Source of the DNA: Candidatus Aceula meridiana
GTDB taxonomy: Bacteria > Omnitrophota > Gorgyraeia > Zapsychrales > Aceulaceae
Length of the DNA stretch: 64,000 nt
Assembly: GCA_030765185.1 (NCBI GenBank)
Contig: JAVCDE010000003.1
Coordinates: 64,038-128,037, forward strand
Direction: 5' to 3'
Part shown: one piece after another, positions 35,945 through 48,500 of the stretch
Layout: every line of letters starts with the position of its first letter
Numbering within the stretch: the stretch's first letter is position 1
Position numbers and translations under genes: made by a program
The notes under the pieces: generated by a model
What the model was told of the DNA's origin: nothing
The model's input: only the letters and a program-made list of their open reading frames with translations
Databases searched by the model: none

Positions 35945-37594
35945 ATGTCAGAGAAGAAACAATCAATCATGGCAGAGTTGTACGAACAGACTCTGCGAAC
36001 AATCTCCGAAGGCGAAATCGTCACGGGAGAAATCGTCGGGATTACCGAAAAGGATGTGGTCGTCGATATTGGATTTAAATCCGAAGGGTTTATTTCTGTT
36101 GATGAATTTCGTGATCCTGAACAAAGGACGTTAGGAAGCAAGGTCGATGTCCTTGTTGAATCTGTTGAAGATGATAAAGGCAGGCTTATCTTATCGCATT
36201 CTAAGGCCCAGAAGCTTAAGGGTTGGCAAAAAATTGTTGAAGAAGTAGATGAGGGAACGGCTGTTGAAGGCCGTGTTATTAAGCAAGTCAACGGTGGTTA
36301 TATTGTAGATATGCAAGGCGTTGATGCATTTTTACCGAGATCGCTTTCATCGTTTAAAGGTATGCTTCCTAAAGATGTCATTGGAGCTAAGTATGCATTT
36401 ATTGTAACAAAGATGAATAAGCAACGCCGCAACATTATTCTTTCTCGTCGAGAAGTTGTTCAAAAAGAGCGTGATGCGGTTAAGGCACAGCTTTGGGAAA
36501 AGATTGAAAAAGGTCAAAAGCGTCTTGGAAAAGTTAAAGGCATCACTGATTTCGGCGCCTTTATCGACTTAGGTGGGATTGACGGGCTTTTGCACATTAC
36601 AGATATGAGTTGGTCTCGCATCAATCACCCATCAGAGCTTGTGGCTGTTGGCGATGAAATTGAAGTTCTCATTTTAGATTTTGATAAAGAAAAATCTAAA
36701 GTTTCATTAGGTTTAAAGCAAATCACAGCGAACCCTTGGGAAGGAATTGAAGATAAGTATCCTGTCGGATCAAAAATTCAAGGTAAGATTGTTAATATTA
36801 TGCCTTATGGTGTTTTTATTGAAATTGATAAAGGCATCGAAGGTCTTTTACATTCTTCAGAAATTTCCTGGCAAAAGAAGATGGTCAATCCTCAAGAAAT
36901 GTTTGCCATTGGAGATATGATTGAAGTCCAAATTATCAGTATTGATAAAGACACAAAGCGTATTTCCCTAAGTCTTAGGCAACTTGAGAAAAATCCTTGG
37001 CTTGAAGCTGAAGAAAAATTTCCGATTGGCGTAAAGATTGAAGGTAAAATTCGCGGATTCACCGATTACGGTGCTTTTGTTGAGCTTGAAGGAAGCATTG
37101 AAGGGATGATCCATGTTTCTGACATGTCCTGGACGCGAAAAGTCAGCCATCCTCAGGAAATTTTCAAAAAGGGGCAAACTGCAGAAGTTGTTGTTTTAGG
37201 CGTTGATCCTGAACAGCGTAAAATCACATTAGGTTACAAGCAGCTTAAAGACAACCCTTGGACAGAAATTGCTGAGCGTTATCCTGTCGGACAAATGCTT
37301 AATGCCGAAGTTGTTATGAATTCTGATTTTGGCGTTTTTGTCAAATTAGAAGAAGAGCTTGAAGGCTTAATTTATGCTTCTGAGATTGACAAAACTGTTG
37401 CTCAAGAATTAAAGGCTGGTGACAAAATTGACGTCAAGGTTATTAAAGTTGACGTTGATCAGATGAAAATTGGACTAAGCGCCAAAGCATCAGACGAAAA
37501 GGCCGCTGAAGCATCTGAGGTATCTGAAGTACCTGAGACCCCTGAGGCGACTAAAGCACCTGAAGCAGCAGAAGAGCCGGAACCGGCAGAATAA
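35945..37594 (+). CDS. rpsA: 30S ribosomal protein S1
   Basis: ATG 35945 after GAGAGG; repeated S1 domains (FGAFIDLGGIDGLLHITDMSW etc.); acidic tail. Confidence 0.96.
   Translation: MSEKKQSIMAELYEQTLRTISEGEIVTGEIVGITEKDVVVDIGFKSEGFISVDEFRDPEQRTLGSKVDVLVESVEDDKGRLILSHSKAQKLKGWQKIVEEVDEGTAVEGRVIKQVNGGYIVDMQGVDAFLPRSLSSFKGMLPKDVIGAKYAFIVTKMNKQRRNIILSRREVVQKERDAVKAQLWEKIEKGQKRLGKVKGITDFGAFIDLGGIDGLLHITDMSWSRINHPSELVAVGDEIEVLILDFDKEKSKVSLGLKQITANPWEGIEDKYPVGSKIQGKIVNIMPYGVFIEIDKGIEGLLHSSEISWQKKMVNPQEMFAIGDMIEVQIISIDKDTKRISLSLRQLEKNPWLEAEEKFPIGVKIEGKIRGFTDYGAFVELEGSIEGMIHVSDMSWTRKVSHPQEIFKKGQTAEVVVLGVDPEQRKITLGYKQLKDNPWTEIAERYPVGQMLNAEVVMNSDFGVFVKLEEELEGLIYASEIDKTVAQELKAGDKIDVKVIKVDVDQMKIGLSAKASDEKAAEASEVSEVPETPEATKAPEAAEEPEPAE
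37505..37591 (+). repeat. degenerate 9-nt tandem repeat encoding the S1 acidic tail
   Basis: gctgaagca tctgaggta tctgaagta cctgagacc cctgaggcg actaaagca cctgaagca gcagaagag ccggaaccg. Confidence 0.7.
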
Positions 37595-37610
37595 TAAGCA
37601 CGTCCTATCT

Positions 37611-37653
37611 ACCCTGTTAGAGAATAAATTTTTCTAACAGGGTTTAATTCTTT
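37611..37653 (+). terminator. hairpin/terminator after rpsA
   Basis: ACCCTGTTAGA...TCTAACAGGGT stem followed by TTAATTCTTT. Confidence 0.7.
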
Positions 37654-37665
37654 AAAATACTTGCT

Positions 37666-38832
37666 ATGGAAATCCAAAACGCCATCAAGAAAATTTCTGC
37701 AGGCACAACCGAGATTATCAATCCCGAAATTCTTGAGAAAAAACTTCGTAAGGCTCAAAAGCAAAGAAAAATCCTCACTATTAAGGCTGGTTTTGATCCT
37801 ACCGCCCCTGATTTGCATTTAGGGCATGTGGTGCTTTTGCGAAAATTAAGGCAATTTCAGGATTTGGGTCACAAAGTTTTTTTCCTAATTGGCGATTTTA
37901 CCGCACAGATTGGCGATCCATCAGGCCGCGATCAGATACGCGTTAAGATGTCGCCAAAGCAAGTCGTTCAGAATGCCAAAACCTACCAGGCTCAAGTTTT
38001 CAAAATTCTCGATAAAAAGAAAACCAAGATAGTGTTTAATAGCGCTTGGCTTAAAAAGCTAAAAGCGCAAGATATTCTTGAGCTTTCTTGTCATTGCACT
38101 GTGGCTCAAATGCTTGCCAGGTCAGATTTTAAAAAGCGTTATGATGAAAACAAAGAAATTAGCATCTTAGAGTTTATTTATCCGTTGCTTCAAGGGTATG
38201 ATTCAGTTTATTTAAAGGCGGATGTTGAATTGGGCGGCTCTGACCAGAAATTTAACCTCCTGATGGGACGTCAGCTTCAGGAGGCTTTTGACCAAGAGCC
38301 TCAAGCCGTTGTGATGATGCCACTTCTTGAAGGCACAGATGGTATTCAGAAAATGAGTAAATCTTTAGGAAATTATATTGGTATAGATGAAGACCCTAAA
38401 GAGATTTTTGGGAAAATGATGTCGATTTCTGATGATTTAATGTATCGGTATTATGAGCTGTTAACAGATAAAAATCTTGCTCAAGTTAAGCTTTTACATC
38501 CCAAGGAGGCAAAATTGGCCCTAGCTCAGGACATTGTTGGCCAATTTTATAGTCAAAAACAGGCAAATGTAGAGCGAGAGAGTTTTGAGAAGATTTTTGG
38601 ACAAAAAAAGACCCCGGAAGATATTTCTGTTTATCACATTAGTAAGGGGGAGGCTAAAATTTTAATCGATGTTCTTGTTGGTCAAGGATTAGCCGAATCA
38701 AAGAGTGAGGTCCGCAGACTCCTAAAACAAGGCTCCATAAGCCTTGATGGCCAGAAAATTTTAGATGAAAATTGGCCCCTTCACCCAGGTGTTTTGAAGG
38801 TTGGCAAACGCCGTTTTTTGAAGCTCACTTAA
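37666..38832 (+). CDS. tyrS: tyrosine--tRNA ligase
   Basis: [38 protein letters not shown]4-like C-terminus. Confidence 0.97.
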   Translation: MEIQNAIKKISAGTTEIINPEILEKKLRKAQKQRKILTIKAGFDPTAPDLHLGHVVLLRKLRQFQDLGHKVFFLIGDFTAQIGDPSGRDQIRVKMSPKQVVQNAKTYQAQVFKILDKKKTKIVFNSAWLKKLKAQDILELSCHCTVAQMLARSDFKKRYDENKEISILEFIYPLLQGYDSVYLKADVELGGSDQKFNLLMGRQLQEAFDQEPQAVVMMPLLEGTDGIQKMSKSLGNYIGIDEDPKEIFGKMMSISDDLMYRYYELLTDKNLAQVKLLHPKEAKLALAQDIVGQFYSQKQANVERESFEKIFGQKKTPEDISVYHISKGEAKILIDVLVGQGLAESKSEVRRLLKQGSISLDGQKILDENWPLHPGVLKVGKRRFLKLT

Positions 38833-38890
38833 GGCTCCTAACCCTAATATTTTGAATATCTTTAGCCTCAAAAATAAATAAGAAAATTAC

Positions 38891-38919
38891 TTGACAAAAA
38901 TAACTTGAGAAAGTATACT
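38891..38919 (+). promoter_or_regulatory. strong sigma70 promoter of the tRNA/r-protein superoperon
   Basis: TTGACA (38891-38896), 17 bp spacer, TATACT (38914-38919). Confidence 0.8.
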
Positions 38920-38936
38920 CTGGGTTCATATGTTAT

Positions 38937-39009
38937 GCCCTTGTAGCTCAGTTGGCAGAGCACATCCTTGGTAAGGATGAGGTCACCGGTTCAATTCCGG
39001 TCGAGGGCT
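38937..39009 (+). tRNA. thrT: tRNA-Thr(GGT)
   Basis: Acceptor GCCCTTG/CGAGGGC, D arm AGCTCAGTTGGCAGAGC, anticodon arm CATCC-ttGGTaa-GGATG, T arm GGTTCAATTCC; CCA not encoded. Confidence 0.96.
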
Positions 39010-39045
39010 TATTGGGGATGTCCACACTTTTACTTTATATATATT

Positions 39046-39198
39046 ATGAGAGAAAATATTCAGTTTCAATGTACCGAGTGCAAGCGTATTAATTACAATA
39101 GCACCAAAGACAGAAAGAAAAAACCAGAGCGCCTGGAATTCAAAAAATATTGCCGCTTTTGTCGTCGACATACAGCTCATCGCGAAATGAAAAAGTAA
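39046..39198 (+). CDS. rpmG: 50S ribosomal protein L33 (zinc-binding type)
   Basis: [12 protein letters not shown]...[17 protein letters not shown]; true start ATG 39046. Confidence 0.96.
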   Translation: MRENIQFQCTECKRINYNSTKDRKKKPERLEFKKYCRFCRRHTAHREMKK

Positions 39199-39206
39199 TT
39201 TTTGAT

Positions 39207-39280
39207 AGGCCTGTAGCTCCAATGGCTAGAGCATCGGTCTCCAAAACCGAGTGTTGTAGGTTCGAGTCCTACCAGGCCTG
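39207..39280 (+). tRNA. trpT: tRNA-Trp(CCA)
   Basis: Acceptor AGGCCTG/CAGGCCT, anticodon arm TCGGT-ctCCAaa-ACCGA, T arm GGTTCGAGTCC; CCA end not encoded. Confidence 0.96.
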
Positions 39281-39308
39281 CGGATAAAAATAAAATAGGG
39301 TTAAAACA

Positions 39309-39494
39309 ATGATCGGAAAAGTTCAAAAGTTTTTTTCAGAAGTTACTGTTGAATTAAAAAAAGTCAATTGGCCAACACGCCCTGAATTAATTGAAGCGAC
39401 TTGGGTTGTTCTTGTTAGCACATTTTTTTTAGGACTTTTTATTGGCGCAACAGATTTTGCCTTTTCTAGATTACTTACACTCTTTATTAAATAA
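39309..39494 (+). CDS. secE: preprotein translocase subunit SecE
   Basis: ELKKVNWPT motif plus single TM, upstream of nusG. Confidence 0.95.
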   Translation: MIGKVQKFFSEVTVELKKVNWPTRPELIEATWVVLVSTFFLGLFIGATDFAFSRLLTLFIK

Positions 39495-39496
39495 TT

Positions 39497-40021
39497 ATGA
39501 AGTGGTACGTTGTTCATACACAAACAGGTTCTGAGGAGCGCGCAAAAATCGGTCTTGAAAAGAGAATGGCAACGACCGAGTTGAAGCAGTATATTGGGGG
39601 AATTGTTGTTCCTACCGAGCAAGTTTCTGAAGTCAAGCGTGGTAAGAAATGTATTTCCACGCGTAAGTTCTTTCCAGGTTATATCATCATCAATATGGAA
39701 ATGAACAATGAGAGCTGGTATTTGGTAAAAACAACTCCCGGAATTGCTGGATTTATTGGGCCGGGAAGAAAGCCGGCTGCGCTTTCGGAAAAAGAAGTCG
39801 AGAATATTTTAAAAAAGACTGAAGAAACCGAAGCTAAGCCAAGCCCGAAAACGATTTTTGATATTGGTGAGCCTATTCAGATTATTGAAGGACCTTTTTC
39901 AAACTTTAACGGGTCTGTTATGGAAGTTTATCCGGATCGTGGTAAATTAAAGGTTAGCGTTTCAATTTTTGGACGTGCTACCTTGGTAGAACTAGAATAT
40001 TGGCAAGTCGAAAAGGTATAA
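39497..40021 (+). CDS. nusG: transcription factor NusG
   Basis: KWYVVHT, FFPGYI, KOW motif EGPF, VSIFGRAT. Confidence 0.98.
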   Translation: MKWYVVHTQTGSEERAKIGLEKRMATTELKQYIGGIVVPTEQVSEVKRGKKCISTRKFFPGYIIINMEMNNESWYLVKTTPGIAGFIGPGRKPAALSEKEVENILKKTEETEAKPSPKTIFDIGEPIQIIEGPFSNFNGSVMEVYPDRGKLKVSVSIFGRATLVELEYWQVEKV

Positions 40022-40024
40022 ATT

Positions 40025-40453
40025 ATGGCAAAAGAAGTCGTCGCACAAATTAAGCTTTATGTTACTGCAGGACAAGCAAATCCTGCTCCGCCGGTTGGAC
40101 CTGCCTTAGGTCAGCATGGCGTCAACATTATGATGTTCTGCAAACAGTTTAACGAAAAAACAAAGGGCAGAGAAGGGCTGATTCTGCCGGCGGTTATTGA
40201 TGTTTATAAAGATAAATCCTTTAGCTTCATTATTAAAACGCCGCCAAGCTCTGTTTTGATCAAAAAAGCAGCAAATTTGGCCAAGGCTTCTGGAATGGCA
40301 GGAAAAGAAACTATCGGAAGCATCACGACTAAGCAAATTGAAGAAATCGCTAAGCAGAAAATGGAAGACTTAAATACAGCGGACATGAAACAAGCTGCCG
40401 AGGTTATCAAAGGAACAGCTCGCAGCATGGGGATTGAGGTGACCAATGGTTAA
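40025..40453 (+). CDS. rplK: 50S ribosomal protein L11
   Basis: [26 protein letters not shown]. Confidence 0.98.
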   Translation: MAKEVVAQIKLYVTAGQANPAPPVGPALGQHGVNIMMFCKQFNEKTKGREGLILPAVIDVYKDKSFSFIIKTPPSSVLIKKAANLAKASGMAGKETIGSITTKQIEEIAKQKMEDLNTADMKQAAEVIKGTARSMGIEVTNG

Positions 40454-41126
40454 GCTAAGCAAAAGAATGAAAAAAAACGCAGAGAAGATTGAAGATAACA
40501 AAGTCTATCCACTTGAGGAGAGCATTTCTTTTTTGCTGACTTTACCTAAAGTTAAATTTGATGAGACGGTTGAATTGCATTTTCATTTGAATATTGACCC
40601 AAAAAGTTCTGAACAGATGGTGAGAGGAACTGTTGCTCTTCCTCACGGAACAGGTAAAAAAATTCGTATTGCTGTTTTTTGTAAGGGTGAGCAGGCTTCA
40701 AGGGCAAAAGAATTAGGCGCAGAAATTGTCGGCGCTGAAGACCTGATTGAAAAAGTTATGAATGGATTTTTAGACTTTGACCGCATAATCGCCACGCCTG
40801 ATATGATGAAGGATTTAAGCAAAGCTGGTCGTGTTTTAGGTCCTAGAGGTTTAATGCCGTCTCCAAAATCTGGGACTGTTACTAAAGATATTGAAAAAGC
40901 TATTCAAGAGGTTCAAGCCGGACGCGTTGAATTTAAATCAGATAAGCAGGCAGGGATTCATGTCGGAATCGGTAAACGGTCGTTTGATGCCAACCAATTA
41001 CTTGAGAATGCTAAGCAAGTCGTTAGTGCTATTCAACACGTTAAACCTCAGGCAGTTAAAGTAGAATTGTTTAAGAGCGTTTCAATCTCGACAACGATGG
41101 GGCCAGGGTTAAGGGTGAGTTTATGA
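40446..41126 (+). CDS. rplA: 50S ribosomal protein L1
   Basis: [29 protein letters not shown]. Confidence 0.98.
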   Translation: MVKLSKRMKKNAEKIEDNKVYPLEESISFLLTLPKVKFDETVELHFHLNIDPKSSEQMVRGTVALPHGTGKKIRIAVFCKGEQASRAKELGAEIVGAEDLIEKVMNGFLDFDRIIATPDMMKDLSKAGRVLGPRGLMPSPKSGTVTKDIEKAIQEVQAGRVEFKSDKQAGIHVGIGKRSFDANQLLENAKQVVSAIQHVKPQAVKVELFKSVSISTTMGPGLRVSL

Positions 41127-41653
41127 AAAAAGTCGGACAGATAATTAGAGAAAGCATCACAGAGCGCATTTTTCAAGGTGTGAAAAATAAATCTAATGCT
41201 TTTGTTATTAGCTATTCTAGGGTTGGGTCTTCGCAGATGAGTAATTTTCGAAAGGATTTAAGCCAAGTTGGCGCTGACATGTATGTTTCGAAAAACCGTA
41301 TTGCTAAAAAAGCTTTAAGTGACCTAGAATTAAAAGATTTAGGCGTAAATATTCAGAATCAAACTGCCTTTGTGTGGAGTGATAGCGATTCTGTTGAGAT
41401 TGCGAAAGTTCTTATGAAATACGCTAAAGAATTTGAAGGCATTAGCGTTCAAGGTGGCGTTTTAGAGGGGCGCACCGTTGCCCAAGAAGAAGTTCAAAGA
41501 TTATCTGACTTACCTTCGAGAGAAGTTCTGCTGGCGATGTTACTTCAAACTATTCAATCTCCGTTGACAAGGCTTGCCGGCGCCTTGAATGGGAAGACGC
41601 GAGAGTTAATAAATTTAATCAAGCAATTAAGCGAAAAAGCAGGAGGAAAGTAA
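41123..41653 (+). CDS. rplJ: 50S ribosomal protein L10
   Basis: [20 protein letters not shown]; between rplA and rplL. Confidence 0.95.
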   Translation: MKKVGQIIRESITERIFQGVKNKSNAFVISYSRVGSSQMSNFRKDLSQVGADMYVSKNRIAKKALSDLELKDLGVNIQNQTAFVWSDSDSVEIAKVLMKYAKEFEGISVQGGVLEGRTVAQEEVQRLSDLPSREVLLAMLLQTIQSPLTRLAGALNGKTRELINLIKQLSEKAGGK

Positions 41654-41654
41654 A

Positions 41655-42110
41655 ATGTCAGAAAACACAGTTGAAGAAAAGGTTGAGCAACCAACCGATG
41701 TTGATAAGGCAAAAGAAACAAAGGCTCTTGATCCTAAATTAGGGGAAGTCATGAAGACCATCGAAGGCCTAACGGCTTTAGAGCTTTCTGATTTAGTCAA
41801 AGCTATGGAAGACAAGTTTGGAATTACAGCTGCTGCTCCAATGATGGCTGCTCCTATGATGGGTGGCGGTGCAGGTACTGCTGCTGCTGCTGAAGAAAAA
41901 ACTTCTTTTGATGTTGTTTTAACAGAATTTGGCGCTACTAAGATTGCTGTCATTAAAGAAGTCAGAGCTGCAACAAATTTAGGTCTTAAAGAAGCCAAAG
42001 ATCTTGTAGAAGCTGCTCCAAAGACAGTAAAAGAAGGTATTCCGAAAGAAGAAGCTGAAGAGCTTAAGAAAAAGCTTGAAGGCGCCGGCGCTAAAGTAGA
42101 GATTAAGTAA
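41655..42110 (+). CDS. rplL: 50S ribosomal protein L7/L12 with N-terminal extension
   Basis: [14 protein letters not shown], Ala hinge, [26 protein letters not shown]. Confidence 0.98.
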   Translation: MSENTVEEKVEQPTDVDKAKETKALDPKLGEVMKTIEGLTALELSDLVKAMEDKFGITAAAPMMAAPMMGGGAGTAAAAEEKTSFDVVLTEFGATKIAVIKEVRAATNLGLKEAKDLVEAAPKTVKEGIPKEEAEELKKKLEGAGAKVEIK

Positions 42111-42139
42111 TTTAATCGAAGAACAACACCAAAAATTTT

Positions 42140-45100
42140 ATGAAATCAAAAAAAATTAAGAATTTCGGCAAATATAAGGATGATTTTCAACTTCCTCATT
42201 TGCTTGATATCCAAGTTGTAGCTTATGCTAACTTTTTACAGAGATATGAAGATCCTGACAAGCGGGAAATGCGTGGATTGGAAGAGGTCTTCAGCGAAGC
42301 TTTTCCGTTTGAAAGTTATGATGGGCAAGTTCGCTTAGAGTATATTAGCTACCATCTTGGAAAAGAGAAATATTCCGCCCTCGAATGCCAGAGACGTGGA
42401 ACAACATATTCTGCGCCTTTAAAGGTTAACCTTCGATTGATTTCACCTGTTGAAGTTAAAGAGCAGGAAGTCTATTTCGGAGAATTTCCTTTGATTACGG
42501 ATACGGGAACCTTCATTATTAATGGTGATGAAAGAGTTGTCGTATCACAAATTCAGCGTCCACCGGGAGCCTCCTTTGAGCAAGAGCTTCATCCAACAGG
42601 AAAAAGCATCTATCAAGGAAGAATTATTCCTTCACGCGGAGCTTGGTTTGAAATTAAATATGATTTAAATGATGTTCTTTTAGCGTATATTGACAGACGA
42701 CGTAGCTTCCCTGCAACACAGATTTTACGCATCATGGGTCTTTCCACAGAAGAAGAAATGAAGAGAGTTTTCGGCGATGACTTTGATAAGTTGAAAAATA
42801 CTCTTGAAAAAGATCACACAACGACAAAGGAAGAAGCTCTCCTAGATTTTTATCGCAAAATGAGACCAACAGAGCCTGCAACCATTGAAGTTGCAGATGC
42901 TTTATTCTTTAGATTGTTTTTTGAACCAAAACGTTATGAGCTTAGCAAAGTTGGACGCTTTATTATTAACCGCAAGCTAGGTGTAAATGTTAATCTTGAC
43001 AACCGTATTCTGGACCTTACAACAGTAGCTGAAGTTATTCGCTATTTGTTTAGGCTTCGCGATGGACAGGGGGAGACCGATGATATCGATCACCTTGGGA
43101 ACCGACGCATTAAGACGGTTGGAGAATTAGTCCAGAATCAGGTGCGTATTGGTTTAGCTCGAATCGAACGTTCTATTAAGGAGCGCCTTGTTGTTTTAAA
43201 CACGTTTGATAATTTAACCGCACATCATTTAATCAATTCACGTTTATTTTCAAGCCAAATTCAAGATTTCTTTGGACGAAGCCAATTATCACAATTTTTA
43301 GACCAAGTGAATCCTTTGGCTGAGACCACTCACAAGCGCCGTTTGAGTGCTTTAGGACCTGGTGGTTTATCACGCGAACGCGCAGGCTTTGAAGTTCGTG
43401 ACGTTCATCCTACTCACTATGGACGCGTTTGCCCGATTGAAACTCCAGAAGGTCCGAATATCGGCCTTATTGCATCTTTAACAACATGTGCCCGTGTTAA
43501 CGATTTAGGATTTATTGAAACCCCGTATCGTAAAGTTGTTGATGGGCGCGTAACAAACAAAATTGAATTTTTAACTGCAGATGTTGACCAAAACAAATAT
43601 ATTGCTCAGGCAAATACGCCTATTGATAAAGGTGGTCATTTCCTTGAAAAAGACATTTCTTGTCGACATAGAGTAGATTTTCCTTATGTTCATCCAAGCA
43701 AAGTTGAATATATGGATGTTAGTCCGAAACAGCTTGTTTCCCCTGCGACGTCTTTAATTCCATTTTTAGAGCATGACGATGCTAACCGTGCTTTGATGGG
43801 ATCGAACATGCAACGTCAAGCCGTGCCGTTGCTGTATACAGAAGTTCCTTTAGTTGGAACAGGAATGGAAGGAACAGTTGCACGCGATTGTGGAACAGTT
43901 GTCCTTGCCAAAGAGTCTGGCAAAGTTACAAAAGTTGACGCAAGCTCGATTGCCGTCGGCAAAACAGAGTATCCTTTACGCAATTTTGTTCGATCAAATG
44001 CAAATACATGCGTTAACCAAAGACCTATTGTGAAGCTTGGGGAATATGTTCAAGGTGGTCAAGTTATCGCTGACGGTATGGCCACAAAAGATGGAAAGCT
44101 TTCTTTAGGGCGTAATATTCTTGTTGCTTTTATGTCATGGCGTGGATACAACTTTGAGGATGCTATTATTTTGAGCCAGAGATTAGCCAAAGATGATGTT
44201 TATACTTCTATCCATGTTGAAAAATTCGAAGTGGAAGCTCGTGAAACACGTCTTGGAAATGAAGAAGTCACACGTGATATTCCTAATGTTAGTGAAGAAG
44301 CACTTAAGGATTTAACCGAAGACGGTATTATCCGTATCGGTGCTGAAGTTAAAGCCGGTGATATCTTAGTTGGAAAAGTTACTCCAAAGAGTGAAAAAGA
44401 ACTTTCTCCGGAAGAAAGATTGCTTCGCGCGATTTTTGGCGAAAAAGCTGCAGATATTCGTGATACATCGCTTACGCTTCCTCCTGGAGAAGAAGGCGTT
44501 ATCGTTAATGTTGAAGTTTTTCAGCGCAGTGAGCGCGGAAGAAAATCTAAAGAAGATAAGAAAAAGGAAATTGCTGAAACGGGCAAAATTAAAAAGTATT
44601 ATGCACAGGAAATTGTTTTTCTAAAAGAAGAAAAAGAAAAACGTCTTTGCCGCATATTAAAAGTAAGCGCCACAAAATTAGAAAAAATGACCGATCGCCA
44701 AATCAAAGAGGACCAAGAGGCGAAAGATGTCTTGCGTTTTTATAAAGACCGCCTTCAGGAGTTGTCTGAAGAGCAGGATCATGAAATTGAGAAAATTAAA
44801 CGCGGTGATGAACTTCCTGCAGGCGTTTTAAAGCGCGTGGTTGTTTATGTTGCGACTAAAAGAAAGATTTCTGAGGGGGATAAGATGGCTGGCCGTCACG
44901 GAAACAAAGGTGTCGTTGCTAGAATTCTTCCTCAAGAAGATATGCCTTTCTTGGAAGATGGAACACCCGTAGATATTATTTTAAATCCTTTAGGCGTTCC
45001 TTCTCGCATGAACGTAGGTCAGCTTCTTGAGACGCATTTAGGCTGGGCTGCGCAGGCTTTGGGCCTTATCTGTGAAACACCTGTTTTTAATGGAGCAACG

Positions 45101-45589
45101 GAAGAAGAGATTAGAGACTTATTAGCAGAAGCCGGTTTGCCAAAAGATGGAAAAACAACTGTCTATGATGGCTATACAGGAATTCCTTTTGATCAAAAAG
45201 TAACTGTTGGCTACATCTATATGTTGAAGCTCATTCACCTTGTTGACGAGAAGATTCATGCCCGTTCTATTGGGCCGTATTCTTTGGTTACACAGCAACC
45301 GTTAGGTGGAAAAGCGCATTTTGGTGGACAGCGATTTGGAGAAATGGAAGTTTGGGCTCTAGAAGCTTATGGAGCTGCTTACACTCTTCAAGAAATGCTT
45401 ACTGTAAAAAGTGACGATGTTGCTGGACGAAGCCGTATTTATGAGGCAATTGTTAAGGGTGAACAGAAGCTTACTCCAGGAACACCGGAATCATTTAATG
45501 TTTTGATGAAAGAGTTGCAGGGATTGTGCTTAGATATTCGAATGGAATCTTCAGAAGAAAAGAACCAGGACAAGCAAAAAGGAAAATAA
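42140..45589 (+). CDS. rpoB: RNA polymerase beta subunit
   Basis: [48 protein letters not shown]. Confidence 0.99.
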   Translation: MKSKKIKNFGKYKDDFQLPHLLDIQVVAYANFLQRYEDPDKREMRGLEEVFSEAFPFESYDGQVRLEYISYHLGKEKYSALECQRRGTTYSAPLKVNLRLISPVEVKEQEVYFGEFPLITDTGTFIINGDERVVVSQIQRPPGASFEQELHPTGKSIYQGRIIPSRGAWFEIKYDLNDVLLAYIDRRRSFPATQILRIMGLSTEEEMKRVFGDDFDKLKNTLEKDHTTTKEEALLDFYRKMRPTEPATIEVADALFFRLFFEPKRYELSKVGRFIINRKLGVNVNLDNRILDLTTVAEVIRYLFRLRDGQGETDDIDHLGNRRIKTVGELVQNQVRIGLARIERSIKERLVVLNTFDNLTAHHLINSRLFSSQIQDFFGRSQLSQFLDQVNPLAETTHKRRLSALGPGGLSRERAGFEVRDVHPTHYGRVCPIETPEGPNIGLIASLTTCARVNDLGFIETPYRKVVDGRVTNKIEFLTADVDQNKYIAQANTPIDKGGHFLEKDISCRHRVDFPYVHPSKVEYMDVSPKQLVSPATSLIPFLEHDDANRALMGSNMQRQAVPLLYTEVPLVGTGMEGTVARDCGTVVLAKESGKVTKVDASSIAVGKTEYPLRNFVRSNANTCVNQRPIVKLGEYVQGGQVIADGMATKDGKLSLGRNILVAFMSWRGYNFEDAIILSQRLAKDDVYTSIHVEKFEVEARETRLGNEEVTRDIPNVSEEALKDLTEDGIIRIGAEVKAGDILVGKVTPKSEKELSPEERLLRAIFGEKAADIRDTSLTLPPGEEGVIVNVEVFQRSERGRKSKEDKKKEIAETGKIKKYYAQEIVFLKEEKEKRLCRILKVSATKLEKMTDRQIKEDQEAKDVLRFYKDRLQELSEEQDHEIEKIKRGDELPAGVLKRVVVYVATKRKISEGDKMAGRHGNKGVVARILPQEDMPFLEDGTPVDIILNPLGVPSRMNVGQLLETHLGWAAQALGLICETPVFNGATEEEIRDLLAEAGLPKDGKTTVYDGYTGIPFDQKVTVGYIYMLKLIHLVDEKIHARSIGPYSLVTQQPLGGKAHFGGQRFGEMEVWALEAYGAAYTLQEMLTVKSDDVAGRSRIYEAIVKGEQKLTPGTPESFNVLMKELQGLCLDIRMESSEEKNQDKQKGK

Positions 45590-45595
45590 GGCGTT

Positions 45596-48500
45596 ATGAA
45601 CCAACAAGAAAAAAAATACGATAGTATTAGCATAAGGCTTGCATCTCCGGAAGTAATTCGTTCTTGGTCCTTGGGTGAAGTAAAAAAAGCGGAGACGCTT
45701 AATTACCGCACTTTGAAACCGGAGAAAGACGGACTTTTCTGCGAGAGAATTTTTGGTCCTGTCCGCGACTGGGAATGTAACTGCGGTAAATATAAAGGAA
45801 TTAAGTTTAAGGGGATTGTCTGCGATCGATGCGGCGTTCTCGTGACACGTTCATCGGTGCGTCGTGAACGCATGGCTCATATTGAGCTTGCTTGTCCTGT
45901 TACACATATCTGGTTTTATAAGGCTGTACCATCGCGCTTAGCATCTCTTTTGCAGGTTGGCCTTAAAGATTTAGAAAAAATTATCTATTACGAAGAATAT
46001 ATTGTCACTGACCCTGGGGACACAAATTTAAAATATAAACAATTTTTAAATGAAGATAAATATCAAGAGTGTTTGTCTAAATACGGAGATTCTTTTAAGG
46101 CAAAAATTGGTGCTGAGGCTGTTCGCGAGCTTTTAAAGCAAGTTGATTTAAACAAACTATGCCGTGATCTTCGCAAGGATTTAGCCAAAGCAAATCCGAC
46201 AGGAACAAACGCGAAAAAATTTGCAAAGATTCTTAAAATTGCTCAAGACTTTAAGAAATCTGGAAATCTCATCGAGTGGATGGTTTTAGAAATTTTACCT
46301 GTTACTCCACCGGATCTAAGGCCATTAGTTCCTCTAGAAGGTGGACGTTTTGCGACATCAGATCTTAATGACCTTTACAGGCGTGTTATTAACCGCAATA
46401 ACCGTTTGAGAAAATTAATGAACTTAAGCGCTCCGGAAATTATTATTCGTAACGAAAAGCGCATGCTTCAAGAAGCCGTTGATGCTTTATTGGATAACGG
46501 ACGTCATGGCCGACCTGTTTTGGGATCAAACAATCGTCCTTTAAAATCTTTATCAGACATGCTGAAGGGTAAGCAAGGACGTTTTCGTATGAATCTTTTA
46601 GGAAAGCGCGTTGATTATTCTGGTCGTTCTGTTATTGTTGTTGGTCCAGAGCTAAAATTGCATCAATGCGGATTGCCAAAGCGTATGGCCCTTGAACTTT
46701 TTGAGCCGTTTATTATCCGTAAGCTTCGTGAGAGAGGATTTGTTCATACGATTAAGGGTGCAAAGCGCATGGTTGAGCGAGCAAAGAATGAAGTATGGGA
46801 TATCTTAGATGAAGTTATTCAAGATCATCCTATCATGCTTAACCGCGCACCAACGCTTCACCGATTAAGCATTCAGGCATTTCAGCCAACTCTTGTTGAA
46901 GGAAAAGCGATTCAGCTTCATCCTTTGGTTTGCGCGGCTTTTAACGCAGACTTCGACGGAGACCAGATGGCTGTCCACGTTCCACTTTCTTTGGAAGCAC
47001 AAATGGAATGCCGCTTAGAGGTTCTTTCCATTAACAATATTTTTTCACCTGCTGATGGTCGTCCGGTTATTTCACCGACTCAAGATATTATTTTAGGCCT
47101 TTATTATCTTACAAAAGATGCTGCTAACGATAAGGGGGAAGGACGCCTTTTTGCTAGAAAAGAAGAAGCTGTTATTGCTTATCATGATGATCTTGTCGGG
47201 CTGCATTCTCGCATTAAGTTACGTTTAAATGCTGAAAAAGTTTGGGGCGATGAAGAGCCGTCATTTGTTATTTCGCAGCAGAGAGATTTAGGAGAAATCA
47301 AAGAAGATAACAAAAAGAAAAGCCAGATTGTTGAGACAACCGTTGGAAGAATTCTTTTAAATGAGCTTCTTCCAGTTAATTTTGGTTATGTCAACGAGAC
47401 TTTAAATAAGAAAAAAGTCGGGGCAGTTATTTCGGATTGTTATAAGCATTTTGGACAGCAGCAAACTGTTCTTCTTTTAGATGCCCTTAAGGCATTAGGA
47501 TTTCAGTTTGCCACGGCGGCTGGAATTTCCATTAGCATCGACGACATGACAATTCCAAGCGAAAAAAAGGTTTTGGTTAAAAGTTCAAAACAAGAAGTTG
47601 CTAAGGTTGAAGATCAATATCGAAAGGGTATTATCACTGCTCGCGAGCGATACAACAAAATCATCGACATTTGGACGCATACAACCGAAGCGATCTCTGA
47701 TTTAGTCTTTAAAGGCATGGACCCATTTAACCCTGTTTTTATTATGGCAGATTCAGGCGCACGAGGATCACGTTTGCAGATCCGCCAACTTTCCGGAATG
47801 CGTGGTCTTATGGCCAAGCCGTCGGGTGAGATTATCGAGAATCCGATTATCGCTAGTTTCCGTGAAGGCTTAACTGTTTTGGAATATTTTATTTCGACTC
47901 ACGGCGCGCGTAAAGGTTTGGCAGATACAGCTCTTAAAACAGCCGACGCAGGGTATTTAACAAGACGCCTTGTTGACGTTGCTCAAGAAATTGTTGTTAC
48001 TGAAGAGGACTGCGGCACTGTTAATGGAATTACAGTATCAGCTATTATCGAAGGCGATGAAGTTGTTGCTAGTCTTAAAGAACGTATTATTGGCCGTGTG
48101 GCTTTAGATAACATTGTTGACATTGTTACAGATCAACTTGTTATTGAGGCTGGGCAGCAAATTGTTGAGGAGAAAGCAGAAATTATTGAGCAGCTTGGAA
48201 TCGAAAAGGTACGTATCCGCAGTGTTTTAACTTGCGAGTCTGAAAGAGGTACTTGTATCAAATGTTACGGTCGCAACTTAGCTACTCAGCGTCTTGTTGA
48301 GATAGGGGAAGCTGTTGGATGTATTGCTGCTCAGAGTATTGGTGAGCCGGGTACACAGTTGACAATGCGTACATTCCATATTGGTGGAACAGCTAGTCGT
48401 TCTGTTGAGCAATCTTTCATCCGTTCAAAGAATGATGGAGTTGTTAAATACCACGGCTTAAGAGTTGTTCAAAAAGAAAAAGATTTTGTCGTCTTAAATC

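Noticed and set aside
38968-39045. 76-aa extended L33 ORF
   Set aside because: The extension runs through tRNA-Thr; the real start is ATG 39046
41832-41861. AAPMM duplication in rplL
   Set aside because: Ordinary low-complexity bL12 hinge
43260-43370. Rifampicin-resistance substitutions in rpoB cluster I
   Set aside because: The key Q, D, H, R and S residues are intact; the differences look like natural variation
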